Shown here: positions 51,231 to 62,383 of the stretch, in pieces
How positions within the stretch are numbered: the stretch's first letter is position 1
How the letters are laid out: the number at the start of each line of letters is the position of its first letter
The notes under the pieces: model-generated
The model's database searches: none
What the model was told of the DNA's origin: nothing
The model's input: the letters and a program-made list of their open reading frames with translations, nothing else
DNA from: Porticoccaceae bacterium
GTDB taxonomy: Bacteria > Pseudomonadota > Gammaproteobacteria > Pseudomonadales > Porticoccaceae
Assembly: GCA_029254005.1 (NCBI GenBank)
Contig: JAQWYJ010000013.1
Location: 23,630-87,629 of the forward strand
Direction of reading: 5' to 3'
Length of the DNA stretch: 64,000 nucleotides
Program-made: the position numbers and the translations under genes

Positions 51231-52277
51231 ATGACTACAGAAATTAGACTAACTCAATTTAGCCATGGCGCTGGTTGTGGCTGCAAAATTGCCCCAACTG
51301 TGTTGGAGCAATTCTTAAAAACTGACTTTATTGCCCCACAGGATGACAACTTGCTGGTCGGCAATAACACTAGAGATGACGCAGCAGTTTATAATTTGGG
51401 AGATGGCTCAGGCATTATTAGCACCACGGATTTCTTTATGCCGATTGTGGATGATGCGTTCGAGTTTGGCCGAGTAGCTGCGGCTAATGCAATAAGTGAT
51501 ATCTATGCCATGGGTGGATCACCTATGATGGCAATTGCAATACTTGGCTGGCCCATTGCCAAATTAGGCCCCGAGATAGCGCAGCAAGTATTAGAAGGGG
51601 GCCGCCATGCCTGCAGAGATGCAGGTATTCATCTTGCGGGCGGACACTCTATTGATACTCAAGAACCTATCTTTGGCTTAGCTGTGACTGGAAAAGTTGA
51701 TTTGTGCAATCTCAAAAAAAATAGTACTGCACAAAGTGGAGATCATTTATTTTTAACAAAACCCATTGGTGTTGGTGTGTTAACAACTGCTGAAAAACAA
51801 GGCAAACTAAAGCCGCAACATAGTCGCTTAGCCGTAGAAAATATGATGTCTTTAAATTCTGTGGGTGAAGTTTTAGGCACTATTTCAGGAGTTAGCGCGA
51901 TGACCGATGTCACCGGATTTGGGTTACTAGGTCATCTAATTGAAATGTGTCAAAGCAGTCACCTCAGCGCTACTGTTGATCTCTTCAAAATACCTATATT
52001 GGATACTTCCGTGACAGATTATATTGCAGCAGGCTGTGTGCCCGGTGGTAGTCAACGCAACTGGCAAAGTGTAGCCCAAGATATTGGTTCTCTTGATGAT
52101 AAACACCAAGCTCTTCTTTGTGACCCACAGACTAGTGGCGGGCTGCTTATTGCAGTCAACCCCACAGCGGTAGAGGAAGTTGTTAAACTATTACGCAGAG
52201 CCAACTGTTATTATGAGTCGATTGGTGAGCTGAAAAATTATGCAGCCAACCAACCCACTGTCGAGGTACTGGCTTGA
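51231..52277 (+). CDS. selD: Selenide, water dikinase (Cys form)
   Basis: [60 protein letters not shown]. Confidence 0.96.
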   Translation: MTTEIRLTQFSHGAGCGCKIAPTVLEQFLKTDFIAPQDDNLLVGNNTRDDAAVYNLGDGSGIISTTDFFMPIVDDAFEFGRVAAANAISDIYAMGGSPMMAIAILGWPIAKLGPEIAQQVLEGGRHACRDAGIHLAGGHSIDTQEPIFGLAVTGKVDLCNLKKNSTAQSGDHLFLTKPIGVGVLTTAEKQGKLKPQHSRLAVENMMSLNSVGEVLGTISGVSAMTDVTGFGLLGHLIEMCQSSHLSATVDLFKIPILDTSVTDYIAAGCVPGGSQRNWQSVAQDIGSLDDKHQALLCDPQTSGGLLIAVNPTAVEEVVKLLRRANCYYESIGELKNYAANQPTVEVLA

Positions 52278-53371
52278 GCAAAATTGCGCTACCAGCAACT
52301 AATGATTATTTGAATCTACTACTTAATGGTTCACCACTCATTGATGTGCGCGCCCCTATCGAGTACCAATATGGGGCGCTTCCCTTTGCTATTAATCTGC
52401 CTTTAATGACTAATGATGAACGCCACGAGATAGGTATTTGCTACAGAGAGCACGGACAAAACGCGGCTTTAGCACTGGGTCATAAGCGTGTCTGTGGTGC
52501 TAAAAAGGAGGCCCGAGTTAATGCTTGGCAAGTTTTCTTCAAAGCCAATCCGTCCGCGGTATTATATTGTGCTCGAGGGGGGTTACGCTCGCGTATTAGC
52601 CAACAATGGTTGGCTGATGCTGGCATTCAATGTCCTCGTGTAGAAGGTGGTTACAAAAAATTGCGCAGCTTTTTGATTGAACAAATCAATGAAATTTGTA
52701 AGACCACAAAATTAGTATTGCTATCCGGTATGACTGGTACCGGAAAAACTCAACTGATTAAAACATTACCCCGGACTATTGATCTTGAGGGCGCAGCTAA
52801 TCATAAAGGCTCCAGTTTTGGACGCCCTCTAGATGAACAGCCCGCGCAGATTGATTTTGAAAATAAGGTCGCCTTAGAGCTCATGGCTGTCCGCCATAGG
52901 CACCCTGAGTGCAGTATCATTGTCGAAGATGAAAGTCGTAATATTGGTGGTCGCCATTTACCTATTCCACTTAGTGATGCTATGGCGGTGAGTTCTATGG
53001 TGGTAATTGAATTGCCTTTTGAACAACGCATTGAAAAATTGTGGCAGGAATATGTCATTGAACGTTACCGTCACACTCTATCTTATCATGGCAATAATGC
53101 TGAACAGGCATTTGCCGACTACCTAAAAGATAGTTTACTACGAGTCAAAAAACGCCTTGGTGGTCAAAAAACAAAAGATATTTTTACCCTCATGAATAGC
53201 GCACTTGAGCTTCAGCATAATGATGCTTTTGCTAGCCACAAGAACTGGCTACGCGCTATAACGTCGGACTACTACGATCCAATGTATTTGTATCAGTTAG
53301 AAAAACGCAGTGATCGCGTTGTGTTTAAAGGAAATCACCAAGAGGTTTCTCAGTGGCTGGCATCAGCCTAA
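52274..53371 (+). CDS. selU: tRNA 2-selenouridine synthase
   Basis: IDVRAPIEY, rhodanese [39 protein letters not shown]; TTG start overlapping selD. Confidence 0.94.
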   Translation: MSKIALPATNDYLNLLLNGSPLIDVRAPIEYQYGALPFAINLPLMTNDERHEIGICYREHGQNAALALGHKRVCGAKKEARVNAWQVFFKANPSAVLYCARGGLRSRISQQWLADAGIQCPRVEGGYKKLRSFLIEQINEICKTTKLVLLSGMTGTGKTQLIKTLPRTIDLEGAANHKGSSFGRPLDEQPAQIDFENKVALELMAVRHRHPECSIIVEDESRNIGGRHLPIPLSDAMAVSSMVVIELPFEQRIEKLWQEYVIERYRHTLSYHGNNAEQAFADYLKDSLLRVKKRLGGQKTKDIFTLMNSALELQHNDAFASHKNWLRAITSDYYDPMYLYQLEKRSDRVVFKGNHQEVSQWLASA

Positions 53372-53375
53372 TATG

Positions 53376-53861
53376 TCAATCTAAAAACTTATGCATAACC
53401 AACGCATCCACCTTACCCTGTAAAGAGTGATTAAAGGCTTTGGGTAATACACCGACCGTTTTAAATCCAAATTTCTTCCACAGACTTACCGCAATCTCGT
53501 TGGTTACAGCTACAAAATTGAACTGCATAGCCTCATAACCAAGCTTTATGGCTACTTTCTGCGAATGCTCACACATAATTGAAGCAAATCCACGGCCGCG
53601 AGCGTTTTTTGCCACCATATACCCACAATTGCACACATGGGAGCCCGGGCCAGCCTGATTGGGTTTAATGTAATATGTACCTAAGATCTGTCCATTTTTT
53701 TCGACTACAAAGGTTTTTTCTGGTAATTCCATCCACAGTTTGTAGGCCTCTTGCTCGCTAACATCTGTGGCATACCCATAGCTATCGCCTGCCACTGCGA
53801 TTTCGTGAAAAATTGGCCAAATAGCAGTGAAATCTGCAAATGTCGCCTGCCGAATTTCCAC
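53376..53861 (-). CDS. GNAT-family N-acetyltransferase
   Basis: YYIKPNQAGPGSHVCNCGYMV, ARGRGFA, MQFNFV...N..AVSLWKKFGF. Confidence 0.88.
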   Translation of the reverse strand: MEIRQATFADFTAIWPIFHEIAVAGDSYGYATDVSEQEAYKLWMELPEKTFVVEKNGQILGTYYIKPNQAGPGSHVCNCGYMVAKNARGRGFASIMCEHSQKVAIKLGYEAMQFNFVAVTNEIAVSLWKKFGFKTVGVLPKAFNHSLQGKVDALVMHKFLD

Positions 53862-54634
53862 TAGCGTGGCTGCATACGCACGCCGCCATCTAACCGGATA
53901 GTCTCGCCATTGAGGTAACTGTTTTCGGTGATATGTACCACCAATTGGCCAAACTCCGAGGGTGCACCCAGTCTTTGAGGGAAGGGGATATTTGCCACTA
54001 TGCCATCTTGAACATTCTGAGGTGCAGCCAGCATCAGGGGCGTTGCCATCACGCCGGGCGCAATGGTATTGACGCGAATACCCTGTTTTGCTAAATCACG
54101 CGCCATGGGTAGAGTCATTCCGACAATTGCTCCCTTGGTTGCGGAATAAGCCACCTGTCCCATTTGACCATCAAAAGCAGCAATAGAAGCCGTATTAACG
54201 ATAACCCCACGCTCAGTTTTTTCATCCGGCTCATTCTTGGCCATAGCGGCGGCGGCACAACGGGAAACGTTAAAAGTACCAATTAAATTAACTTCGATAA
54301 CCTTACGATAGAGATCAAGATTATGGGGCATCCCTTCACGATCTATAGTCTTTACGGCAATGCCAATACCCGCACAGTTTACGCAGATATCAACACGACC
54401 AAGATCTACAAGAATTTTTGCAAAAGCCGCTTCAACATCGGGACCGCTAGAGACATCCAACTGCATAAAATAACAAGCATTAGCACCCAATTCTGCTACT
54501 GCCTGTTCACCAGCACTACTATTCATATCAAAGATAACTACGGTTGCACCGGCATTAATAAGTAATTCTGCAGCTGCACGACCCAGTCCTGAGGCGCCGC
54601 CGGTTACTACTGCAACTTTTTTACTAATATTCAT
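53861..54634 (-). CDS. SDR-family 3-hydroxyacyl-CoA dehydrogenase type II-like
   Basis: [52 protein letters not shown]. Confidence 0.9.
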   Translation of the reverse strand: MNISKKVAVVTGGASGLGRAAAELLINAGATVVIFDMNSSAGEQAVAELGANACYFMQLDVSSGPDVEAAFAKILVDLGRVDICVNCAGIGIAVKTIDREGMPHNLDLYRKVIEVNLIGTFNVSRCAAAAMAKNEPDEKTERGVIVNTASIAAFDGQMGQVAYSATKGAIVGMTLPMARDLAKQGIRVNTIAPGVMATPLMLAAPQNVQDGIVANIPFPQRLGAPSEFGQLVVHITENSYLNGETIRLDGGVRMQPR

Positions 54635-54652
54635 CTACGTTTTAACCCCTTG

Positions 54653-54964
54653 TTATTTTACCTCTTGAACCAGTACAAAAGGAGGAATTACAACAGCCCA
54701 ATGCTCTGCTCTGTTGGTGTACCACTTTAGTGCCCGGCTGTCATCAACCTCAAATAGGGTGCCCTTGCCTAACCACTCCTCTACTTGAGTTCGATCATCA
54801 AAATGAAATGCTACTGCTACTTGAATAAGATCTGCCTCGTCACGAACTCCCATAACACTGCCAGCAGCGTAATGCTTTTGCAACTCATGCCAACTAATCT
54901 TAGCAGTCTCACGGTTGAGTCGATCACGTAACTCAGAGGTGCTATCAGAATTCTGATATCGCAT
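54653..54964 (-). CDS. DUF2288-family protein
   Basis: LRDRLNRETAKISWHELQKHYAAG...WAVVIPPFVLVQE; start at ATG 54964, not 55138. Confidence 0.8.
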   Translation of the reverse strand: MRYQNSDSTSELRDRLNRETAKISWHELQKHYAAGSVMGVRDEADLIQVAVAFHFDDRTQVEEWLGKGTLFEVDDSRALKWYTNRAEHWAVVIPPFVLVQEVK

Positions 54965-55058
54965 ACAATACTCTTTTTGCAGGAATAAATTATTATGACT
55001 AAGCGTAACGCTAAGGGTAGTGTGCGAATACTTATTTATCAACCCTTTATCTGGCCGT

Positions 55059-55709
55059 TTAAACCGTCCAGCGAGTAAAATTACGAAGTAACTGCAAGCC
55101 TTTGTCAGCACTCTTTTCTGGGTGAAACTGCACCGCAAAAAGATTACGATGGCTTAGCGCTGCAGCGAAGGTAACGCCATACTGGCAATACGCCGCAACA
55201 TAAGGATTATGCTCGATGGCAGCATAGAAGCTGTGTACAAAATAAAATAGGCTATTTTGCTCAATACCATACCAGAGTGGATGATCTATACTCTGTTCAA
55301 CATTATTCCAGCCCATGTGTGGCACTTTGAATTGCTCATTTTCAGAATCTGGCATAGTTGATTCAAACAACTTGACCTTACCTGGCAAAATACCCAGGCA
55401 ATCAACACCGTTGCTTTCTTCACTGTGCTGCAACAGCGCTTGCATACCCACGCAGATACCCAGCACCGGCTTGTCAATAATCGCTTGATTGAGTACTTCA
55501 TCAATTTTCAGGCGCTGGATCTCTGTCATACAGTCACCAATGGCACCAACACCTGGAAACACTACTCGATCAGCGTCAGCCACAACAGTAGGATCAGACG
55601 TAATAGATACCTGTGCATGAGCACAAACATGCTCAAGCGCTTTGGATACCGAATGCAGGTTGCCCATGCCATAATCGATAACTGCAATGTGGCTCTTAGA
55701 CCCAGACAT
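55059..55709 (-). CDS. hisH: Imidazole glycerol phosphate synthase, glutamine amidotransferase subunit
   Basis: [47 protein letters not shown]. Confidence 0.96.
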   Translation of the reverse strand: MSGSKSHIAVIDYGMGNLHSVSKALEHVCAHAQVSITSDPTVVADADRVVFPGVGAIGDCMTEIQRLKIDEVLNQAIIDKPVLGICVGMQALLQHSEESNGVDCLGILPGKVKLFESTMPDSENEQFKVPHMGWNNVEQSIDHPLWYGIEQNSLFYFVHSFYAAIEHNPYVAAYCQYGVTFAAALSHRNLFAVQFHPEKSADKGLQLLRNFTRWTV

Positions 55710-55715
55710 AGAGGG

Positions 55716-56309
55716 TTACAAGTGACCCTTCGTAGAGGGCAATACACCAGCCATACGCTGATCACCACTGGACGCCATACGTAACGCACGGCCAAATGCT
55801 TTGAAGATTGTCTCTATCTGATGATGAGCGTTGGCCCCTCGAAGGTTATCAATATGCAGTGTCACAAAAGCATGATTGACAAAGCCTTGAAAAAATTCAC
55901 GACTCAAGTCAACATCAAAGGTCCCCACATGACCACGCACAAAGTCGGCATACATAAACAGACCGGGGCGACCAGAAAAATCTAAAACGACTCGAGATAA
56001 TGACTCATCCAAAGGTACATAGGCATGACCATAGCGAGTTAAGCCCTTTTTATCACCGATTGCTTGGGCAATAGCCATACCGAATGTAATACCAATATCT
56101 TCAACGGTATGATGATCATCAATATGGGTGTCACCTGTAGCCTGAATGTCGATATCGATTAGCCCATGCCGGGCAATTTGATCCAGCATATGATTTAAAA
56201 AAGGCACCGGCGTATTTAAATTTGAAGAACCTGTACCATCTAAATTCACAGTTATGGTAATTTGCGATTCTAATGTATTACGAGTGACAGTAGCTGCGCG
56301 CTCGATCAT
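55716..56309 (-). CDS. hisB: Imidazoleglycerol-phosphate dehydratase
   Basis: [53 protein letters not shown]. Confidence 0.96.
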   Translation of the reverse strand: MIERAATVTRNTLESQITITVNLDGTGSSNLNTPVPFLNHMLDQIARHGLIDIDIQATGDTHIDDHHTVEDIGITFGMAIAQAIGDKKGLTRYGHAYVPLDESLSRVVLDFSGRPGLFMYADFVRGHVGTFDVDLSREFFQGFVNHAFVTLHIDNLRGANAHHQIETIFKAFGRALRMASSGDQRMAGVLPSTKGHL

Positions 56310-56487
56310 ATGATACTCCAAAAGTTATTGCTTCCAATTATACCTGAAGTTTACACCACATTTCTTGCTCAATACGCTTTACATAATGATATAAATAATA
56401 CTTGCATCAAGGACAGGATTATCAAGTTACGGTACCATGGTCCTCAGATCGTATTAAGGTGTTGGATGAACTAAAGGGAGAAACTTT

Positions 56488-58311
56488 GTGACAAAAATAG
56501 CTCGGTGGATTACGGTCTTTGGCATATCAGTGCTGGCCCTCACTCTCATTGCGAGCATAATATTAAAAGCGTTAATTAATCCCGATGATTATCTACCTGA
56601 AATTGAAGCAATAGCCAAAAATAACGGCCTGGACATCACTATAGGAGGACCGATTAGCCTGAGTATTTTTCCTCAGTTAGGCGTCACTGTTAATGACGTA
56701 GAATTTTCTCATGAAGAGATAAAAAACGGTTTTATCGAGAAGCTAGGTTTTAGCTTTAGTTGGCTTTCATTACTAAATACCGGCGCTGAAGTTACTAATT
56801 TACCCCTAGATGTCATACACATTGAAAGGGGGCGTTTTCGTTTTGATGATCCAACGCTACTGCCTATTCAAGTGGACAATGTCTCAGCACAATTAAGCAG
56901 CTTTTCTCTAAAGGGTGAGGTAATGACATTAAATGTGTCTGCTGATGTTCTAAACGGTCTAAATGTCTCTTTGCGTAGTAACCTTACAGCGCGGCTTATG
57001 AACAGCAAATTAAGTCAATTAAAAGTGTACAACCTTCAAATTCAAGCAGACCAAGTCTCACTAAATGGTGCCTTTAGCGCCGATCTTGCTATCCCGGAGA
57101 TTACTGGTAATGTCTGGGGATCATCGATTAATCTGAGACGTCAATTGCAGGTCATACAGCAACGGCTGCCCATATTCTCAATGCCAGATATGGCCAGTAA
57201 TAAAGCGCTGACAGATGTGAGTATTGACAGCGAATTCAATGCCAACCCCTGGGGCTACTCCTATTATAATCACAAATTATCAGTTGATAATCAATTTTTT
57301 GAAATAGCCGTTGAGGCAGATCAAACGTCAGGAAAGATGACTACTAACATCACAGGCGATTTGGTTAATCTCCATCATTATCTCCCTGAGCAAATGACTC
57401 AAGTCTCACCAACGCTGTTTGCACCCTTGGCTCTGCCGTTTATATTTTGGCAAGGTCATAGCACTGTAACCCTTGCCATTAATGAAATTCTGCTACCAAC
57501 ATTTGATATTACTAATTTATACAGCCAATTTTCAGGCTCTAACAAGGTACTGCAACTGTCCTCATTAAATGCTGACCTGTTTAATGGCCAAATTAATGCC
57601 AGTGCAGTTTTTGATCTGCAAAAACAGAGTCCTGTATTTAGCCTACAAGGTTCCGTATATGCCATAGATCTTAGCCAAATGTTTCCCTCCTCGACTGATA
57701 TTGAGGGCCAATTCAGGGGAGACTTTAAACTTCAAGGAACAGGACGTGACCTCAATGAAATCCAACAATCACTTGTTGGTCAGGGGCAATTTTCAGTGCA
57801 AAACCCTTTCTATGGTGCAATCAGTTTGGAACAAAGCGTTTGTCAGGCCAATGCACTGTTTAGCGGCAATTCCTATGCACCAGCAAAACCGCGTCAAGGA
57901 ACCTATTTAGATTCTTTATTTGGCACACTACAGTTTAAAAATGGCGAGGTAATTTTTAAATCTATCAACACTGGTACTGGTAATATTAAACTACAAGGAA
58001 ATGGTCGTTTAAATATGTTGCAGCAAGACTACCAAATAGATGTGAATGCTTCCGTTGAGGGGCCCAACAGTAGTAGTGATGGCTGTGCCATTGACCAACA
58101 ATGGCAGAACAGGCCTATTCCCTTTTCCTGCGCGGGAAACTATTCTACAAGGACACCACAAAATCTAGACTGCCGGCCTAATGTGAACATTATTAACACA
58201 ACTACGCAGCGCAATATGAAAAAAAATGGCACTAATAGTTACTTGCACAAATTACAAAATAGCATTACGCAAGTTGACAAGACTGACGTTCTAACTGAAA
58301 AAAATAATTAA
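56488..58311 (+). CDS. asmA: AsmA-family protein
   Basis: N-terminal TM then INPDDYLPEI, GPISLSIFPQLG; LNADLFNGQI; position upstream of mutY. Confidence 0.8.
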   Translation: MTKIARWITVFGISVLALTLIASIILKALINPDDYLPEIEAIAKNNGLDITIGGPISLSIFPQLGVTVNDVEFSHEEIKNGFIEKLGFSFSWLSLLNTGAEVTNLPLDVIHIERGRFRFDDPTLLPIQVDNVSAQLSSFSLKGEVMTLNVSADVLNGLNVSLRSNLTARLMNSKLSQLKVYNLQIQADQVSLNGAFSADLAIPEITGNVWGSSINLRRQLQVIQQRLPIFSMPDMASNKALTDVSIDSEFNANPWGYSYYNHKLSVDNQFFEIAVEADQTSGKMTTNITGDLVNLHHYLPEQMTQVSPTLFAPLALPFIFWQGHSTVTLAINEILLPTFDITNLYSQFSGSNKVLQLSSLNADLFNGQINASAVFDLQKQSPVFSLQGSVYAIDLSQMFPSSTDIEGQFRGDFKLQGTGRDLNEIQQSLVGQGQFSVQNPFYGAISLEQSVCQANALFSGNSYAPAKPRQGTYLDSLFGTLQFKNGEVIFKSINTGTGNIKLQGNGRLNMLQQDYQIDVNASVEGPNSSSDGCAIDQQWQNRPIPFSCAGNYSTRTPQNLDCRPNVNIINTTTQRNMKKNGTNSYLHKLQNSITQVDKTDVLTEKNN

Positions 58312-59372
58312 TGCAGCCTGAAAAGTTTCAACAATCAGTACTTAGTTGGTTCGATCAATATGGTCGAACACACTTGCCTTGGCAGCAGAACGTGTCAGCT
58401 TATCCAGTTTGGATATCAGAAATTATGCTACAGCAAACTCAAGTAACAACAGTAATACCTTATTTCAACCGCTTTATAACCAGCTTTCCAACGGTGCATG
58501 CGTTAGCTTCCGCAACAACTGATGAGGTATTGCATCACTGGACAGGTTTAGGCTACTACGCTCGAGCACGTAATCTTCACAAAACTGCTCAATATGTGAG
58601 CCAAGAATTGGGCGGAAAATTCCCTACTGACGTCGAGGCGCTGTGCAAATTACCAGGTATTGGCCGCTCTACTGCAGGCGCTATTAGTGCGATTGCATTT
58701 AATCAAAAAGCCACTATCTTAGATGGCAATGTAAAAAGAGTTCTGGCAAGATTCTCCGCGATCGATGGATGGCCTGGAAAAGCGGATGTAGTAGGTAAGC
58801 TCTGGACAATCGCTGAAATTTATACCCCTAAAGAAAGGGTGGCTAACTACACTCAAGCAATGATGGACCTGGGTGCAACGCTGTGCACTAGGACTATGCC
58901 AGAATGTACTCGCTGCCCACTCGTCAACGACTGTAAAGCCTATCATCAAGGTAACATATTGCAGTACCCAGGCAAGAAACCTAAAAAAGTGTTACCAACA
59001 AAACAAACATATTTTTTAATGATTAAAAATCCCCAAGGAGAACTACTTTTAGAGCAAAATCCGCCTACCGGTCTTTGGGGTGGTCTATGGGTTTTTCCAC
59101 GATGTAGTCAGTTAGATGAAATATGCACTATTTGTAAATCGCTGGGAGTCACAATTCAGCATCAATCTGTATTGCCAAGAAAACGTCACACCTTTAGTCA
59201 TTTCCATCTAGACTATCAAGTGGTTGAAATTAATACTAGTTTTGGTGCTGACCAAGTTAGTTGTGATGAGGAAAGGCAAAATCAATTGTGGTATAACCTA
59301 CAGAATCCTCTATCATTGGGAATGCCCGCGCCAATCAAAGCATTGATTGAGCGCGCCTTAACCCTAACGTAA
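58311..59372 (+). CDS. mutY: A/G-specific adenine glycosylase
   Basis: VWISEIMLQQTQV, GLGYYARARNLH, LPGIGRSTAGAI, LDGNVKRV, Fe-S motif CTRTMPECTRCPLVNDC. Confidence 0.96.
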   Translation: MQPEKFQQSVLSWFDQYGRTHLPWQQNVSAYPVWISEIMLQQTQVTTVIPYFNRFITSFPTVHALASATTDEVLHHWTGLGYYARARNLHKTAQYVSQELGGKFPTDVEALCKLPGIGRSTAGAISAIAFNQKATILDGNVKRVLARFSAIDGWPGKADVVGKLWTIAEIYTPKERVANYTQAMMDLGATLCTRTMPECTRCPLVNDCKAYHQGNILQYPGKKPKKVLPTKQTYFLMIKNPQGELLLEQNPPTGLWGGLWVFPRCSQLDEICTICKSLGVTIQHQSVLPRKRHTFSHFHLDYQVVEINTSFGADQVSCDEERQNQLWYNLQNPLSLGMPAPIKALIERALTLT

Positions 59373-59394
59373 TTAATCATTAAAGAGGTTAATC

Positions 59395-59667
59395 ATGGCT
59401 CGTACTGTCATGTGTCGTAAATTACAACAAGAACTTCCCGGCTTAGATATGCCTCCTTTTCCTGGACCCAAAGGTGAAGAGATATTCAATCATATTTCCA
59501 AGAATGCGTGGTCAGAATGGATGACACATCAAACAACCCTGATCAATGAATTACGATTAAATATGATGGATATTTCTGCCAGAAACTATCTAGCGGAACA
59601 GCGCGAAAAGTTCTTTAATGGCGACGAAGTGGATCAAGCGGAGGGATACGTGCCACCAACTGAATAA
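59395..59667 (+). CDS. yggX: Fe(II)-trafficking/oxidative damage protection protein
   Basis: [10 protein letters not shown]...PFPGPKG...[21 protein letters not shown]...EGYVPP. Confidence 0.95.
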   Translation: MARTVMCRKLQQELPGLDMPPFPGPKGEEIFNHISKNAWSEWMTHQTTLINELRLNMMDISARNYLAEQREKFFNGDEVDQAEGYVPPTE

Positions 59668-59671
59668 TTCC

Positions 59672-59700
59672 TTGACGAGACGCATCTCAACCGCTTTAAT
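59672..59700 (+). promoter_or_regulatory. Sigma70 promoter of tRNA-Phe
   Basis: TTGACG-17 bp-TTTAAT followed by GC-rich discriminator ACGCGCC. Confidence 0.75.
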
Positions 59701-59733
59701 ACGCGCCTTGGTAATTCTCAACGTAACAATAAA

Positions 59734-59809
59734 GCCCAGATAGCTCAGTTGGTAGAGCAAAGGATTGAAAATCCTTGTGTCCCTGGTTCGATTCCAGGTC
59801 TGGGCACCA
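59734..59809 (+). tRNA. tRNA-Phe (GAA)
   Basis: 76-nt cloverleaf GCCCAGA...TCTGGGC-ACCA; D arm TAGCTCAGTTGGTAGAGC; anticodon loop TTGAAAA; T loop GGTTCGATTCC. Confidence 0.98.
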
Positions 59810-59912
59810 TCTTCTTGCGCGAACATCCTTAATGCACTTTAGACTCCTAACTTCAAAAAGTTGATAATTAAAATCCGTACCCTATACTCCTAACATTAAT
59901 ATTTAGGAAAAT

Positions 59913-60695
59913 ATGATTAATCGGCAGACAACATTTATGGAGACCACGAGCGGACCCTCTCTTTTGCTGGAAGGGTTAGGGAGGTTAAAAGATCCAGATA
60001 TTCGTTGGTTAGTCATTGTGCCTTTGTTGGTAAATATTTTCTTATTCACTCTGGTCACTAGCGTTCTGGCCCAATGGATAGAGAATTGGATAACTGGTTT
60101 TATCTCTGATATTCCTCAATGGCTGGCGTGGTTAACATGGCTTATCTGGGCCTTGTTTATAGTATTGGCCTTTGCTGTCTATGCGTTTACCTTTACTCTT
60201 TTAGCCAATCTGATTGGCTCTCCCTTTTACGGTGTGATCGCACAGCGTGTAATTGCGTCAGAAATCAATACTAGCGAGGGTGATACGCTAAACATACACA
60301 CTGCAACGTCCAAGGGGTTTTTTGCCACAGCAGGAAAAAGCGTTTTACGAGAATTACAACTGATAGGCTACTTCATACCCAGAACAGTTGGCATCGGCAT
60401 TTTAACATTGGTACTGAGTTTTGCACCGGTAGTCAATCTACTTGCACCGATCATTGCCGCCTGTTGGACTGCTTGGTGCCTAGGATTACAATATTTGGAT
60501 TATGCAGCAGACAGCGAAGAGATAACCTTTGCTGCTCTGCGTTTGAAACTAAAGAAAAGACGCACAAACACGCTAGGATTCGGCTTTGCCACCATGCTAG
60601 TGTCAGCTATACCAGTAGTCAATTTAGTGATGCTGCCAGCATCGGTTGTCGCCGGCAGTCTCTTATGGTGCCGACAACATCGTTCCATTGATTAA
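59913..60695 (+). CDS. cysZ: CysZ/EI24-family membrane protein
   Basis: IVPLLVNIFLF, LANLIGSPFYGVIAQRV, LGLQYLDYAAD, PVVNLVMLPASVVAG. Confidence 0.85.
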   Translation: MINRQTTFMETTSGPSLLLEGLGRLKDPDIRWLVIVPLLVNIFLFTLVTSVLAQWIENWITGFISDIPQWLAWLTWLIWALFIVLAFAVYAFTFTLLANLIGSPFYGVIAQRVIASEINTSEGDTLNIHTATSKGFFATAGKSVLRELQLIGYFIPRTVGIGILTLVLSFAPVVNLLAPIIAACWTAWCLGLQYLDYAADSEEITFAALRLKLKKRRTNTLGFGFATMLVSAIPVVNLVMLPASVVAGSLLWCRQHRSID

Positions 60696-60714
60696 AACCA
60701 TACCTGTTTTAAGG

Positions 60715-62205
60715 CTATAACTCAGAATTTTCTGCTTTAGGCGGTTCTGCTTTAGGCGGTTCTGCTTTAGACGGTTCTGCTTTAGACGGTTCTGCTTTAG
60801 ACGGTTCTGCTTTAGACGGTTCTGCTTTGGGAGGCTCTTTCGTTTTTGAGCTCTGCACAGCTGCATTCTTGTGCAAATCCTTGCTGTCCAACACGGGTTG
60901 TATCAGCCGATCTTCGGGCATAGCACAGGGCAACTTCATATCTAAAAGTTTTTCGATAGGCTCTAAAAGGAAAGCATCATCTTCGCAGGCAAAACTAATA
61001 GAAATCCCTGTCTTCCCGGCCCTACCGGTACGGCCAATCCGATGAACATAGTCTTCGGGTTCCTCTGGCAAAGTATAGTTGACCACATGACTAACACCGT
61101 CAACATGAATTCCTCGCCCGGCGACATCAGTTGCTACCATTATCTTTAATGCACCTGATTTAAATGCATCCAAAGTCTTCATTCTACGTGACTGAGGAAC
61201 ATCTCCTGATAACATACCCACTTTAAATCCTTGCTTTTTAAGTTTTTCATTCAGAGTGCGGCAAATGTCACGGCGGTTGGCAAATACCATGACACTATCA
61301 ACGTCATCACTCAACAAAATATTATTCAGAAGCGTGAATTTTTCACTAGCGGTGGTAATCAATATTTTTTGCTCCACGGTATCTGTAGCAACTCGTTCAG
61401 CACCAATTTCAACGGTGGCTGGCTTATCCGTCCAAGTTTCAGACAATCGCAACACCTCAGGTGTGAATGTAGCCGAAAACAACAGTGTTTGCCTATCTTC
61501 TCGCTTCGGTGTCAAATTAACCAGTCGGCGTACTTGAGGGATAAAGCCCATATCCAACATACGATCAGCTTCATCAATTACCAGCACTTCGACCTGATCG
61601 AGATAAATATCTCGGTTGTTAGCAAAATCCAAAAGTCTACCGGGAGTGCCAACTAGAATGTCGCAGTGCTGCTTCTGCAATCCTTGTAATTGCTTACCAT
61701 AATCCATACCTCCCACCAAGGTATGAACTTTTAATTTTGTATGTTTTAAAAGCGCAGTTGCATCAGCACCAATTTGTATAGCAAGTTCACGAGTTGGGGC
61801 TAAAATAAGGCTCCTGGCTTCACCCAAAAAGCGCTCGCCGTCCACAGAATGGTTAATTAAATCAGTGATAATGTTAATTAAGAAAGCCGCGGTTTTACCT
61901 GTGCCAGTTTGCGCCTTACCAACAATATCATGACCGTTGAGAGTGTAAGGTAGTGACGCCGCCTGAATAGGCGTACAGTATTTGAATCCTGCATCCTGAA
62001 TGCCGCGCATGAGCACAGGCGGCAAAGTGAAGTCATGGAATCTAAACTTCCCCTCTTGAGGCTCAACCTTGAATTTTTCAATAGTCCAAGGATTATTATT
62101 GCGGCGCCTACGCCCAGCAGCTGGCCTGTTTCGCCTATCATTGGGTACAACTGCACTATTATTTTTTAATGATGTATCTGTGGTTTTTTCAGTCAATGTG
62201 ATCAC
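60715..62205 (-). CDS. rhlB: DEAD-box RNA helicase, RhlB-like
   Basis: Q motif [52 protein letters not shown]; N-terminal W..E.F.VEPQEGK.RFHDF. Confidence 0.88.
   Translation of the reverse strand: MITLTEKTTDTSLKNNSAVVPNDRRNRPAAGRRRRNNNPWTIEKFKVEPQEGKFRFHDFTLPPVLMRGIQDAGFKYCTPIQAASLPYTLNGHDIVGKAQTGTGKTAAFLINIITDLINHSVDGERFLGEARSLILAPTRELAIQIGADATALLKHTKLKVHTLVGGMDYGKQLQGLQKQHCDILVGTPGRLLDFANNRDIYLDQVEVLVIDEADRMLDMGFIPQVRRLVNLTPKREDRQTLLFSATFTPEVLRLSETWTDKPATVEIGAERVATDTVEQKILITTASEKFTLLNNILLSDDVDSVMVFANRRDICRTLNEKLKKQGFKVGMLSGDVPQSRRMKTLDAFKSGALKIMVATDVAGRGIHVDGVSHVVNYTLPEEPEDYVHRIGRTGRAGKTGISISFACEDDAFLLEPIEKLLDMKLPCAMPEDRLIQPVLDSKDLHKNAAVQSSKTKEPPKAEPSKAEPSKAEPSKAEPSKAEPPKAEPPKAENSEL
60730..60834. 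repeat. Coding tandem repeat, 7 x 15 bp (TTCTGCTTTAG[A/G]CGG) encoding (EP[S/P]KA)n
   Basis: Units start at 60730, 60745, 60760, 60775, 60790, 60805 and 60820; four central units are identical. Confidence 0.97.
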
Positions 62206-62383
62206 ATAAGTTGGTTAATAAAAAAGGGACTGCTATTGCTAAATTGCAGCTCCAGCCCTGTTTCTAAGCGACTATAGCAGAATTGCTGATCTTATGCTTA
62301 AAAGAATATATATGGCAATCTAAACATAAAATAGTCTTTTTATACGCAGTTCAGCGCTCAAATTAACCCTATCTTTAATTGAA

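Noticed and set aside
59590-59826. 78-aa minus-strand ORF
   Set aside because: It is the antisense reading of tRNA-Phe and the end of yggX.
59734-59912. tRNA-Phe as an integration site for a genomic island
   Set aside because: No duplicated tRNA 3' end or integrase seen in the window; cysZ follows directly.
60663-60866. (LKQNR)n ORF, or a CRISPR-like array
   Set aside because: It is an alternative frame of the rhlB repeat; units are contiguous with no spacers and there are no cas genes.
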